Origin: Promethearchaeota archaeon
GTDB taxonomy: Archaea; Asgardarchaeota; Lokiarchaeia; Sigyniarchaeales; SOKP01
NCBI GenBank assembly: GCA_048938855.1
Contig: JBHLLT010000001.1
Location: forward strand, 470,541 to 534,540
Length of the DNA stretch: 64,000 nucleotides
Reading direction: 5' to 3'
Shown: positions 18,594-28,966 of the stretch, one piece after another
How positions within the stretch are numbered: position 1 is the stretch's first letter
Layout: each line of letters starts with the position of its first letter
The notes under the pieces: generated by a model
The model's database searches: none
What the model saw: only the letters and a program-made list of their open reading frames with translations
What the model was told of the DNA's origin: nothing
Translations under genes and position numbers: made by a program

Positions 18594-19550
18594 TTGAAAA
18601 TTTTACTTTTTGGACCAGCTGGAGCAGGTAAGACATCCTTAATGCGAACAACCTGTCTTGGATACAATTTTATGAAGGTTTTAAATCTGAAACCTACAAA
18701 AGGAGTTTCTCGAGAGAATTTTATATTCCGTGGTATAATGGAACTTAACGTTTGGGACTTAGGAGGTCAAGAACGATATATGGAACGCTACTTCTCAGAA
18801 TCTCAACGAGAATTAATTTTTTCAGAGGCAACTACTGCGGTTTTTATGGTCGATTCTGCTGCGATTGATCCTGAAGTACGAGTTATTTTCGATAAATTTT
18901 TGACATATATATTTGAATTCTCTCCTAAGATGGATATGGTTTATGTCCTGTTAAATAAAATTGATTTAAAAGAATCGAAAGAGGATGAATTCTATGAGAT
19001 TTTAACCAAGGATTTAAATGATGGTTTATTATCAAAACTTTCGTTTACTCCTGTCTCTGTTAAAGAAGGGAGTGCTCAGCATAGGTTAATTGAGATCCTT
19101 GATTATGAAATTCAAAAGAATACCTTATCAATGCAACGCTTAGGAAAAATTCGTCATTTATTGGATGAGCTAAAGATAATTACATTATCTGAATACTTAT
19201 TATTCAACCAACCTGATGGATTATTAATTTCTTCTACATTTGGTAAATTCGAGTCTAAACCATTAAAATTCATGAAATTTGAAATAGGAACTTTAGATTC
19301 TAATATTTATACAATTTATCAACAAATTATGGAACTTCAGAAAAATGCAAGTCTTTCTCCATTATCTTTATCTACAGTTGTTTATGAATCTGATAGTTGT
19401 TGGATTTTAGTTAAAGAAGTTAGTAGTGGAGCGGTTTTAATGGCTGTAACAAAAAATAAACAGCCAGAATTGTTTACAGGCGTAATGAACGCATTAACAG
19501 GAGATTCGTTCAAAAATTTAAAATTTTATTTGAAATCTTCTGATTTTTAA
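18594..19550 (+). CDS. Rag/Gtr1-like GTPase with C-terminal roadblock/longin-like domain
   Basis: KILLFGPAGAGKTS, LNVWDLGGQERYMERYF..QRELIF, NKID. The ~130-aa C-terminal domain contains LLFNQPDGLLISS and WILVKEV..GAVLMAV. TTG start preceded by GGAG. Confidence 0.85.
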   Translation: MKILLFGPAGAGKTSLMRTTCLGYNFMKVLNLKPTKGVSRENFIFRGIMELNVWDLGGQERYMERYFSESQRELIFSEATTAVFMVDSAAIDPEVRVIFDKFLTYIFEFSPKMDMVYVLLNKIDLKESKEDEFYEILTKDLNDGLLSKLSFTPVSVKEGSAQHRLIEILDYEIQKNTLSMQRLGKIRHLLDELKIITLSEYLLFNQPDGLLISSTFGKFESKPLKFMKFEIGTLDSNIYTIYQQIMELQKNASLSPLSLSTVVYESDSCWILVKEVSSGAVLMAVTKNKQPELFTGVMNALTGDSFKNLKFYLKSSDF

Positions 19551-19608
19551 TTTGGATAAGATAAAAGGAAAAGTAGATTTTAAAAAAATGTATTAAATTT
19601 ACTTTTAA

Positions 19609-20454
19609 TTATTGTTCCTTATCATATAAGCCAATTTTATTAAGAAAATGTTGTTTAGCGTGATGGGGTCTTCTAATTACTGAATCATTAACTTTTTCAA
19701 TTTCTCTTGCTTCATCACACATATGAGCTGCTGTCCTCATCATTTCATGAGCAGCTGCTAAAAGTGGCATATATTCGGATCTGTCCTTTAATTGAAAACA
19801 AGCTTTCCCAGTGACTTTAGATACAGAAGCAGCAAGTTCAAAAGCAGCAATCGCTTTAGCTTTTGCATAGGGATTAGAAAAATTTGCTGCATTTGTTGCT
19901 ATATTAGCATCAATAATTATTTGAGGTAAAGTTGGTGTTCTACCCTCAAGCATATCCATTATTACTTTATTCAATTCTTCTGCTATTACACGTAGGGAAC
20001 CTGTAATTGCTAGGATCTTTAATAGATCTGCATTAAAGATACTCATTTCAATGGGATCAAGAAAAGGTCGACGTGCTCCAATCATACTATCAGAACCTAC
20101 TAGAATGTACCCCATATTTTTCTCTTTAATCTCTTCAACTGCTTTTTTTGCGGGGGAATCAGATATAACTATTGTAGGAATATTTCCTGCCATCTCTCTT
20201 GCTGCTTTTGGCCCCGGTAAAGCTGCGTTTGGACTTGACATGATAATTAATTCAGGGCCCCACATTAATAAATTTTCCATAGTTCTTGTACAAATTTCTG
20301 GAGGATGCATTTTTGCACCAGAAGTTACCTCATGAATATTAATTCTCACAGATTCAGCACGTTCATCCATTAAAAAGGCAAGAAGTAAAGAGGATCCTAT
20401 GGTTCCATTCTTTAAAATTCCAATCTTAAGAACTTTTTCACTCATTATCCACAA
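19609..20454 (-). CDS. mtd: F420-dependent methylene-H4MPT dehydrogenase
   Basis: DERA, SGAKM, SPNAALPGP, MIGARRPFLDP.EM, FSNPYAKAKA, AAHEMMR, RRPH. The real start is probably ATG at 20445. Confidence 0.95.
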   Translation of the reverse strand: MWIMSEKVLKIGILKNGTIGSSLLLAFLMDERAESVRINIHEVTSGAKMHPPEICTRTMENLLMWGPELIIMSSPNAALPGPKAAREMAGNIPTIVISDSPAKKAVEEIKEKNMGYILVGSDSMIGARRPFLDPIEMSIFNADLLKILAITGSLRVIAEELNKVIMDMLEGRTPTLPQIIIDANIATNAANFSNPYAKAKAIAAFELAASVSKVTGKACFQLKDRSEYMPLLAAAHEMMRTAAHMCDEAREIEKVNDSVIRRPHHAKQHFLNKIGLYDKEQ

Positions 20455-20610
20455 TCTTATTTATAATTTCGAATTTAAATTTTAAAGATAATTCCTATCA
20501 ATTTTTCAATGTTTTTAATTTTTATTTTAACTTTTATAAAACAAGGAACTCTATTAGTAAATACACACTAAAAAAAAGAAAAATTACAAATATAAGTTGG
20601 AGTAGTTAAA

Positions 20611-21522
20611 ATGGAGATTAATGGAGTGGAAATTGAAGATACTTTCTGTGAAGCTTTTGGAGCTGTTTTTGCGAGAGTATTAGTAACAGCTAAGAATAAC
20701 AGATGGGCTTCAATAGCAGCTCAGGAAGCGACTGGTTATGGTACATCAACAATTGGATGTGATGCTGAAGCGGGAGTTGATTTATTTGTTTCTTCGGAAA
20801 ATACCCCAGATAAGCGCCCTGGAGTCATATTAATGTTTTTTAAGAACAAAAAGGATGAGATGAGTATGGTTTTAACACATCGAATTGGTGAATGTATTCT
20901 TACTTGCCCTACAACTGCATGTTTTGATGCATTAAATGACTCTCTTGATCGATCAAAGGAGTTTGAAGTTAAATCTGGTAATAATTTAAAATTTTTTGGT
21001 GATGGATTCCAAGAAAAGCTTGAAGGGGTTTATACATTTGAAGCGTTTAAGATTCCAGTTATGGAGGGAGAATTTGTTGTACAAAACTCTTTCAAAGTGG
21101 GGAAGGGAATCGCGGGAGGAAATTTTTTAATTATAGGAAAAGATCAAAATTCTGCTTTAGAAGCCGCTGAAAAGGCAATAAATGCAATTAAAGATATACC
21201 AAATGTAATTGCGCCATTTCCAGGAGGAATTGTACGTTCTGGATCAAAAGTTGGCTCGAAATATGAATTCATGAGAGCTTCCACCAATGAAAAATATTGT
21301 CCTACTTTAAAAAATAAAATTGAGAATTCGGAATTGAATGAGGAAGACAAATGTGTTTATGAAATTGTTCTTGATGGCGCTACTGAAGATGTTGTTAAAA
21401 AAGCATTAAAAGTAGGTATTGAAGCTGCAGTTAAAGTCCCAGGGATAACCCGTATATCTGCAGGGAATTATGGTGGTACTCTTGGTAAATTTCAATATTC
21501 TTTAAGGGCCATTTTAAGTTAA
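20611..21522 (+). CDS. ftr: Formylmethanofuran:H4MPT formyltransferase
   Basis: MEINGVEIEDTFCEAF, IGCDAEAG, TPDKRPG, LTCPTTACF, PFPGGIVRSGSKVGSKY, SAGNYGG. Confidence 0.97.
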   Translation: MEINGVEIEDTFCEAFGAVFARVLVTAKNNRWASIAAQEATGYGTSTIGCDAEAGVDLFVSSENTPDKRPGVILMFFKNKKDEMSMVLTHRIGECILTCPTTACFDALNDSLDRSKEFEVKSGNNLKFFGDGFQEKLEGVYTFEAFKIPVMEGEFVVQNSFKVGKGIAGGNFLIIGKDQNSALEAAEKAINAIKDIPNVIAPFPGGIVRSGSKVGSKYEFMRASTNEKYCPTLKNKIENSELNEEDKCVYEIVLDGATEDVVKKALKVGIEAAVKVPGITRISAGNYGGTLGKFQYSLRAILS

Positions 21523-21551
21523 AATATAGAAAAGAAGGAATATATATAAAT

Positions 21552-23228
21552 TTATAATTTTCTTTTTATTTTTCTTTGAGGAGTTTCTTCTTTATCTTTT
21601 TCTGGTTTTAATTCTTCAGTTTCCTTTTTCTTAGGTTCCTCTTTACTAGGCTTTGCTATAACTTTTTTCTGTGTTCCTGTTTTACTTGAAGATATTTCTT
21701 TCTTTTTAGGTGGAGTTCTTTGAATTTCACTTCTTGATTTGAAATAACTATAAGTAGCAATTATACCCAACATAAGTCCTAGAGATACTCCTCCAAAAAT
21801 TAAGAGCCATGGTAAATAATAACTTACAACATCTGGAATAATTCGAATCGCCTGAGGCGCTTTATCATAATCATCAATAAGACTAACAACAGCACCATCC
21901 GAATCAATGGCGTATATGTATACATACCAGATACCATCAACTAAATCAAAAGTCCTAATAGTAATCTCAGTGTTTTCTCCGATATAAGTTCGTGTAAGAT
22001 TGAACCATTCATTATTCGCACTTAATAGAGCCACTTTTACATATGCTAATCCTTCAGTATCAGATAGATTAAAAGAAAATACTAAATTTCTGCCATAGAA
22101 TACCGAAATTGGTTTATCCATGCTTAGTCCATTAATTGTATAAGAGTTTATTTCAGGAGCATTATTTTTAACGATAAGATAAGTCGATTTTGATGAACTT
22201 CCGCCATTTGGGTCAATTAAGGTCACATTGACTTTATATTTGCCTATGGGCCTATTTGCAGGAATATTAAATGTTTCTGAGAATAAATTATTACTATCAA
22301 ATGCAATTTGATTTTGAATTACTAGTACACCTTCAGCATCATAAATATACATCCAAGGTATTAAATCTTCTGATTTACTCTCTATATCAGTGACGTTAAA
22401 TGAGATTGTGAAATCCTCTGTTCTTAATACTTCTTCAGGCGAAAGATTTAACCTTGAGATTATTAGTGGTTTATTATTTCTTACATAAAAAGGGAAATAA
22501 GCAGTTCCTCTTCTCCCTAAAAGTCGATCAGTCATATTCAATTGGATATAATAAAATTCATTCTTTCCGAAAGTTTCATTTAACAACTGAAATGAGATTT
22601 GATTTATATTTCTATCAAAACTCATAATGTTATTTTGGGTTGATTCTTCTAGACTATCAACTATACTCGTATTCCACGTAAAATCATAAGTACTAAAATT
22701 ACATACTAGCATTTCTACATATAATGTGTCGTTAATATAGTATTGGCAACTATTTAGATTTACCATATAATTTGAAAGAATGGTGAAATTTGTATATGTA
22801 GTGTGTGAATTTAATAATTGATGGGTTGAATTGTAGATTAGGAAACTAACATTTTGAAAGCCTAACGGAGCATTGTATTCTGGTCTATATTTATAATTAT
22901 AAGTATGGAGAGCTATATTTGACATATCAAACAATCTAGTGGATCCATTACTAAATGATATTTGCATGTTCACATAATCTGTATCGGGAAAATCAAAAGT
23001 ATTTATCGTTATATTGATGGTTTCAAATAGTCGATATATATTTGTGGTATTTCGTGTTATTGCCCAATATGGTAAAGCGGGTTGAGCTAATTTAGGAACT
23101 ATAGATTCCTCATTCTTGGAATAATTAAGTGATTGTGAATTTAGGAGGGTCGCACTTACGAAACTAACGAATAAACTAATAATTATGAAAAAAAATATCA
23201 CTCTATTTTGAATTTGTCTAGTTGCCAA
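21552..23228 (-). CDS. Cell-surface protein with tandem Ig/cadherin-like beta domains, C-terminal TM helix and charged tail
   Basis: N-terminal signal/TM; repeated N..P.I ... VTD.E ... IPANRPIGKY.V.V...D units; many N-x-S/T sequons; TM at about aa 470-495; Lys/Glu-rich tail. Confidence 0.75.
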   Translation of the reverse strand: MATRQIQNRVIFFFIIISLFVSFVSATLLNSQSLNYSKNEESIVPKLAQPALPYWAITRNTTNIYRLFETINITINTFDFPDTDYVNMQISFSNGSTRLFDMSNIALHTYNYKYRPEYNAPLGFQNVSFLIYNSTHQLLNSHTTYTNFTILSNYMVNLNSCQYYINDTLYVEMLVCNFSTYDFTWNTSIVDSLEESTQNNIMSFDRNINQISFQLLNETFGKNEFYYIQLNMTDRLLGRRGTAYFPFYVRNNKPLIISRLNLSPEEVLRTEDFTISFNVTDIESKSEDLIPWMYIYDAEGVLVIQNQIAFDSNNLFSETFNIPANRPIGKYKVNVTLIDPNGGSSSKSTYLIVKNNAPEINSYTINGLSMDKPISVFYGRNLVFSFNLSDTEGLAYVKVALLSANNEWFNLTRTYIGENTEITIRTFDLVDGIWYVYIYAIDSDGAVVSLIDDYDKAPQAIRIIPDVVSYYLPWLLIFGGVSLGLMLGIIATYSYFKSRSEIQRTPPKKKEISSSKTGTQKKVIAKPSKEEPKKKETEELKPEKDKEETPQRKIKRKL

Positions 23229-23235
23229 AATATCC

Positions 23236-26007
23236 TCATCTTCTTAATTTCTTATATTTAATATGCTTATTTTTAAAATACAATACAATTCCAATTGGTG
23301 CAAGTATGGGTAAAACGTAGAATAATACGAGATTTAAATTTGATAATTGAATAGAAATTTCAAAATAAAACAGAGCAATATCGTCATTTTCACTATCTTT
23401 TAACTCAACTCTATATTTTTTTACCCCAAATTCGTATGGATTAATAGTAGGTATTATAGTGGTTGTTATTGTGTTCTTCCCAGTAATAAGTTGATCAATA
23501 TTAGTTGTTCGTTTTACGTTGTTTATATATAATGAAAATTCTTCAGCATTTATTTGATTGTTTTGGATTATAATAATTAAATAAGCTGAATCTCCTTGGG
23601 GTATTGTATCAGGAAAACTAGCACTTATAATTTCAAATCTCGGTACTATTTCAACGTTAAAGATTTTTGAGTAAAATATTGTGTTATTTATTGAAATTTC
23701 CATTTTTAATGTAATTGTATTATTTGATATTGTATCCAGAGTCTTTATATAATATATTACCGTTCTTCTTTCATTCTTGTTTAATGTCTCCTCTTGAATG
23801 AAATTTTGGATGGACTTTTCTGTAATCCCTTTAAAACTTACATTTAAAGACTGGGTTGCATTTGGGAGAAAATTTTTCAATGTCATAGATAGGAATATGT
23901 TATCTCCTTTAACTACAGAGTCTTGATAAAGAAAATTGCTATAGTCAAATGAATATCCAATTTCTACTATTCTTAATATCTCTAAATATATTATATTGTC
24001 TTTTTGTATCCTGAAGTATATTTCACTATTTCCTGGTTCTGCTCCAAATTTAGCTGTAAGGTTAAAATTGATTTGGACTTGTTGAGAAACTGTAAAATTA
24101 ATTATTTGTGAAGGATAATTAACTATATCTTGCCCTATTAAGGAGGCTGTTAGTGTCAAATCTTCGTTACGGGAATAGTTAATGGTTATAGATACATTAA
24201 CAATTGGTCCATGATATAAAATTCGTGGCACACCTTTGATTGAATCACTAATCAACCCAGACGTAACATTGAATAACTTAATAGTGTCAGTTAATTTGAA
24301 ATAAGTTGTATTAGCCCATAAGTATATATAGTATCCATCATTTATAGGCAATGCTTCCGTTATATTATATAAAAGCGTATAAGAGGTTTCAGGATCTCCA
24401 ATAAAATCTTCAAATTCATAAAAGAATGTTCCATTTGGGTACTTGAAGATATAATTAATTGTAAAGTTTGTAATATCATATCGTATTCTATATCTTCCAT
24501 AAGAGTCATTATTTGGATTGAAGAATTGTCCTGTCTTTTTAAATGAAAATACGGATGTTATATTCAAAACATCTTGGTTAAATATAAAATTCGGTCTTTC
24601 TTCTGATACATTAAAAAATGAGAATAATCTTGTGCTATTATAGATCTTGAAAGCATCTAAGTATGTTTCACCTAATTTAAGATTGGAGTGAAAAGATTTT
24701 GTTGAATTTGTTAAATTAAAATTATACGCTTTATTAGAGGTATCATATAAATTACTTTCAATTGAATTGTATATTTCTAATGCTCTATTGTAATAGTTTA
24801 TATTTCCTGTGACTTCGAATAACTTCAAACATGCACTCATCATCAGACTGTTATCTTTAAGATCCTTAGTATGGTCAAATATTGTACTCCATCCTGGAGT
24901 AGCAATTTTTTTATATAATCCATTATCATATAAAAATTCAAGACTATTATAAAGATCAATTGCATTTTGATAATAAATTGAATCATTTGACATGCCTGAT
25001 TCAATCCAAAAATCTAATAGCGTTATTATACCTAATGCATTTGTACTTAGATGATAGTATTTTTGTCCAGCAATAGATGTATCCCAATTCTGATTTGCAT
25101 CATGATAGAACGCTTTATCAGATGAATCCCACATATATCCCTTGTCAACCATGTCAATCATTGTTAGATTTGCTAGTTCAAACGCACGATCTCGAATTGT
25201 TGGTGCTAAACCTAGATTTACATAAGTTCTATGAATCAAAAGGTTTGCTAGAATTGCATAAAAATTACTTTCCGAATATTTTGTATTTGAAGAATTATAC
25301 TGATAAAATCCATTGTAAGTTAACCTAGCATCCCAAAATTGAGAAGAATTTATTAAGTAGAACATTTCATTAATTGATTGCCTCGGAGTTGTACCTCTGA
25401 GAGTAAAACTATTGATATCATCGCCAATGTTTTCAATTAAAAGGAAAATTGGCATTAAGTTATCAATTAAATATCTATCGTCATTTTTAATGGCACCTGT
25501 AATATTATCTATTGATTTTACAAAACCATATTTATATTCATTTACATTGCCCTCGTACCATAAAGTCGTATCTTTTAAATCTAAGTAAGTTTGATATGTT
25601 TCAACGTCATTTAGTTCCATTTGCATCAATGATTTATAATATAGTAAATTGTCTTCTGAAAAAATTGTACCATCAATAATATCACCATTGGTATCTCCAT
25701 ATCTATAATATAATGGTACAGAAAAACCTAAATTTGATCGATAAGAGTGTTCAAAAAAATTTCTTAAGTCATCAAAATTTTTCGTAAATGGATCCTGAAG
25801 TATTGAAATTGGAGTATTTGTTTGTAAATCATCAATGATAGAATCATTACTGATATCATTTGAAGATGTCAATTCATGATTGGGAGAGGTAATAAATAAG
25901 TAATTAAGTAAAAAAATAAATGTAAGGGTTAAACAAATAAGTATTTTTAGACTTTGCTTTTTTTGGTTTTTCCTCTTACCCAAATCTGATAAATTCGAAA
26001 ATTTCAT
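23236..26007 (-). CDS. Large cell-surface glycoprotein: six-hairpin (alpha/alpha)6 glycosidase-like domain, Ig-like domains, C-terminal TM
   Basis: N-terminal TM; helical repeats RYLIDN, KYSESN, YHLSTN, DLKDN with LFEVTGNINYYNRA; beta-rich C-terminal half; terminal TM followed by KNKHIKYKKLRR. Confidence 0.7.
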   Translation of the reverse strand: MKFSNLSDLGKRKNQKKQSLKILICLTLTFIFLLNYLFITSPNHELTSSNDISNDSIIDDLQTNTPISILQDPFTKNFDDLRNFFEHSYRSNLGFSVPLYYRYGDTNGDIIDGTIFSEDNLLYYKSLMQMELNDVETYQTYLDLKDTTLWYEGNVNEYKYGFVKSIDNITGAIKNDDRYLIDNLMPIFLLIENIGDDINSFTLRGTTPRQSINEMFYLINSSQFWDARLTYNGFYQYNSSNTKYSESNFYAILANLLIHRTYVNLGLAPTIRDRAFELANLTMIDMVDKGYMWDSSDKAFYHDANQNWDTSIAGQKYYHLSTNALGIITLLDFWIESGMSNDSIYYQNAIDLYNSLEFLYDNGLYKKIATPGWSTIFDHTKDLKDNSLMMSACLKLFEVTGNINYYNRALEIYNSIESNLYDTSNKAYNFNLTNSTKSFHSNLKLGETYLDAFKIYNSTRLFSFFNVSEERPNFIFNQDVLNITSVFSFKKTGQFFNPNNDSYGRYRIRYDITNFTINYIFKYPNGTFFYEFEDFIGDPETSYTLLYNITEALPINDGYYIYLWANTTYFKLTDTIKLFNVTSGLISDSIKGVPRILYHGPIVNVSITINYSRNEDLTLTASLIGQDIVNYPSQIINFTVSQQVQINFNLTAKFGAEPGNSEIYFRIQKDNIIYLEILRIVEIGYSFDYSNFLYQDSVVKGDNIFLSMTLKNFLPNATQSLNVSFKGITEKSIQNFIQEETLNKNERRTVIYYIKTLDTISNNTITLKMEISINNTIFYSKIFNVEIVPRFEIISASFPDTIPQGDSAYLIIIIQNNQINAEEFSLYINNVKRTTNIDQLITGKNTITTTIIPTINPYEFGVKKYRVELKDSENDDIALFYFEISIQLSNLNLVLFYVLPILAPIGIVLYFKNKHIKYKKLRR

Positions 26008-26220
26008 TTTTATTAATTATAATTATCAAATAAATGTTTACTGAGGTTAAATTATAATGTAAAAAAATCCTTCTCTTTAAAATTTTTTCTGACTGTTTTC
26101 AATAGATCACAATATATATCAAGTGTTCAAAATACGATTCTTCGCTTATAATTATAAATTTCTAAAACGTATATAAATAACGTTGATTTGAACTTTTCAA
26201 AATAAGATTTTTAAAAAAAC

Positions 26221-27717
26221 TTAGAAAGATCTAATTCTTTTTTTTAATATTTCGACAAGGTTGTCTATTTTGACTCTTTCTTGTTTCATCGAATCTCTAA
26301 ATCTTAGAGTAACTGTATCATCCTCTAAAGAATCATAATCAACTGTTATACAAAATATTGTACCAATTTCATCTTGCCTTCGATATCTTTTTCCTATGGA
26401 ACCTGCTATATCATAAAAAGAGTTGATACGATTTTCTAATAATTTTCTATGAACTTTTAATGCTAAACCTCGAATTTCTTCTTTATTTTTAACGAGAGGG
26501 AAGACTGCTACTGTATTAGGAGCTAAAATAGGGATTAATTTCAGATTTATTCTTTCTTCTTCTACGTAAAATGAGGTTTCAAGTAATGTATAAATAATTC
26601 TGTCAATTCCAAAAGCGATTTCTAAAACTTGTGGAATCTCTTTAACATTTGAATCAGAAGTCATATTCACCTCAAAATTTTGCTTAGAAAATTCTGCATG
26701 TCTTCTTAAATCATAATCTGTCCTATCGTGAACCCCACATATTTCAACCCATCCAAATTGTTTTGTCTTTATTTCCAAATCCCATGCATCATCAGCATAA
26801 TGAGCTCGTTCATTCATTGAATGCTGCCGAAATCTAATAGATTCTTCTGGGATCCCCAGAATTTTAGTTAAATAGTAGCTAATATAAATGCAATATGCGA
26901 AAGCTGGCTTCTTTACAATATTAGTTTTTATTGCTTTCTCAAGCGAAAATATTTGAGGTGCATCAATTTTCTTTTCTTGTAGTTCCCAATTTAATAATGG
27001 AACAGATTTCTCTTTAAATTCATAATATTCTTCAAATTGCATTTCTTGATCTTTACTTATGAACATCTGTAGTTCAAATTGATCAAATGCCCTCATTCGA
27101 AGAACTCCTTGTCGTGGAGAAATTTCATTTCTATAAGCTTTTCCAAACTGATAAACTTTAATAGGATATTGCCTTCTTGCATCCTGATCTAAACGATTAA
27201 ATAATAAGTAAGTCGTTGTGGCAGTTTCAGGCCTTAAATATGCGGTTATATCATTTCCAACTTTTGTTTTTAACATCAAATTGTATTCTTCGATTTTGTT
27301 AAAAGGAGCATCACATTTTGGACATACTAAATTGTTTTTATGTATGATTTTCTCCATCTCCTGAAATGATAGACCATCTATCATTAGATCTGGAAGCTTT
27401 TCTTGAAGAAATTTATCAGCTCTATAGAGAGTATTACATTTATTACATTTAATAACGGGGTCAATAAAGCGTTCTAAATGTCCAGATGCTATCCATACAA
27501 TTTCAGGTAATATCGTTGGACATTCAACCTCTCCAAACCCAAAATAACGTAATTCTCGTCGTAATAAATTTAATATATTATTTTTAAGAGCCATGCCAGC
27601 GGGGCCATATGAATAAAACCCTGCTAGGCCACCATAGATTTCTGGCGAAGGTCCCCAAATAAAACCTCTTCTCTTTAATAGAGAGTTAAAAGTATCAATA
27701 TTATCTTCGATTTTCAT
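26221..27717 (-). CDS. glyS: Glycine--tRNA ligase (archaeal/eukaryotic alpha2 type)
   Basis: KRRGF, EIYGG, YLRPETA, YRNEISPRQG, AHYA, GSIGKRYRRQDEIGT. Confidence 0.97.
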   Translation of the reverse strand: MKIEDNIDTFNSLLKRRGFIWGPSPEIYGGLAGFYSYGPAGMALKNNILNLLRRELRYFGFGEVECPTILPEIVWIASGHLERFIDPVIKCNKCNTLYRADKFLQEKLPDLMIDGLSFQEMEKIIHKNNLVCPKCDAPFNKIEEYNLMLKTKVGNDITAYLRPETATTTYLLFNRLDQDARRQYPIKVYQFGKAYRNEISPRQGVLRMRAFDQFELQMFISKDQEMQFEEYYEFKEKSVPLLNWELQEKKIDAPQIFSLEKAIKTNIVKKPAFAYCIYISYYLTKILGIPEESIRFRQHSMNERAHYADDAWDLEIKTKQFGWVEICGVHDRTDYDLRRHAEFSKQNFEVNMTSDSNVKEIPQVLEIAFGIDRIIYTLLETSFYVEEERINLKLIPILAPNTVAVFPLVKNKEEIRGLALKVHRKLLENRINSFYDIAGSIGKRYRRQDEIGTIFCITVDYDSLEDDTVTLRFRDSMKQERVKIDNLVEILKKRIRSF

Positions 27718-27888
27718 TTTACAAGGACTATAAAAGTTTGAATCTTATCCTCAATTTTCATATATGTTAAAAAGTGTATTATACTATTTGTATTTTCAGA
27801 TATTACAAGCAAATTAAAATAAATTTTTATAATAGGAATATAATAATATTATTATATTTTTTATTAAAACTAAAATCAAAATTGATAA

Positions 27889-28752
27889 ATGATGTTATTT
27901 CAAGATTTCCAATATTTCGACTTCTGGGATGCCCTTGAGTTTGGCCTTTATTTTGTTATCGTTGGTTATTTTTTTCTCTTGTTTTTCTACTTCCTATTCA
28001 TGCGATATAGAACATCAAAGAAACCTTATTGGTTATTTTTTAGTTTATTCTTTTTATGTTTCGGGATTGCACGTGTATTTTTCATAATTTATTATTTTTT
28101 CGCTCCAGAAATATGGGATGGAGCAACTAATGGACCAGAGGTTGTAGCTTTTCTTATGATAAATTATAGATTAGCAACATTTTTTACATGGGTTGGAGTT
28201 GCTTGTGCTGTAGGAGTATTGGGTATTTTACTATTTCCAACTGATACACAAATCGAAGAAGAAGAAAATAAAGGAAAATCTTTCGTAACATGGTTTAGAA
28301 ACAGTAATAATCTCAAACTTTTTGTCCGTTATGCGTTAATCGTCATTCCAATTATTATAGGGATTCTTGCTTTAACATTATCTGAGGGGCTTTTTATGGA
28401 TCCTGATTTTCCATCACATTATGGTGTACCTGATAATATTATTAGAATAATTGTAGGAACTTGGGAATATCCTCTTGGTAGATTTCTATTAAATTTCATT
28501 TTTATGCCGTTGTTTCTCGTATTAATTCCATTTATCTTTCTTTATCTCGCATGGAAAACTTTTGGTGTACTAAGAAAATCGTATGCTTTAAATGCTATTG
28601 GTTTTCTTATCTATTTTATAGGGGGAAGAATACTTCAAGGAGCACTTGATGTACTTTCCCTACCTCATGTAAGAGCAATTTTACCGCCTTTACTAATTCT
28701 ATTAGCACTCCTTATCTTAGTAATAGCTAATAACTATGAACAACTTAAATGA
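27889..28752 (+). CDS. Stand-alone seven-TM membrane protein
   Basis: Seven hydrophobic stretches counted by eye; no appended enzymatic domain. Confidence 0.7.
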   Translation: MMLFQDFQYFDFWDALEFGLYFVIVGYFFLLFFYFLFMRYRTSKKPYWLFFSLFFLCFGIARVFFIIYYFFAPEIWDGATNGPEVVAFLMINYRLATFFTWVGVACAVGVLGILLFPTDTQIEEEENKGKSFVTWFRNSNNLKLFVRYALIVIPIIIGILALTLSEGLFMDPDFPSHYGVPDNIIRIIVGTWEYPLGRFLLNFIFMPLFLVLIPFIFLYLAWKTFGVLRKSYALNAIGFLIYFIGGRILQGALDVLSLPHVRAILPPLLILLALLILVIANNYEQLK

Positions 28753-28966
28753 TTCTATTTTTCTTATTTATAATGATATTTTAACGCAATTATAATTCTT
28801 AGAACTCCTTTAAATTATTTTTTTATTAATAGTAATTTTTGTCTTTTTACTAGTTTTTAAGAACTCTTTTAAAAAAAAGATTAAAAATTTAAAACTGAAG
28901 ATCTTTACAATTAATATATTTGAATTAATTAATAAAGAAAAGAATTAAAAATTCAAGGAAAGATCC

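Noticed and set aside
11782-21522. Methanogenesis inferred from mch, mtd and ftr
   Set aside because: No mcr or mtr in the window; these genes belong to the H4MPT C1/Wood-Ljungdahl branch common in non-methanogenic Asgard archaea
27889-28752. Rhodopsin (schizorhodopsin/heliorhodopsin)
   Set aside because: No retinal-binding Lys motif in helix 7 and no helix-3 RYxxW-like motif
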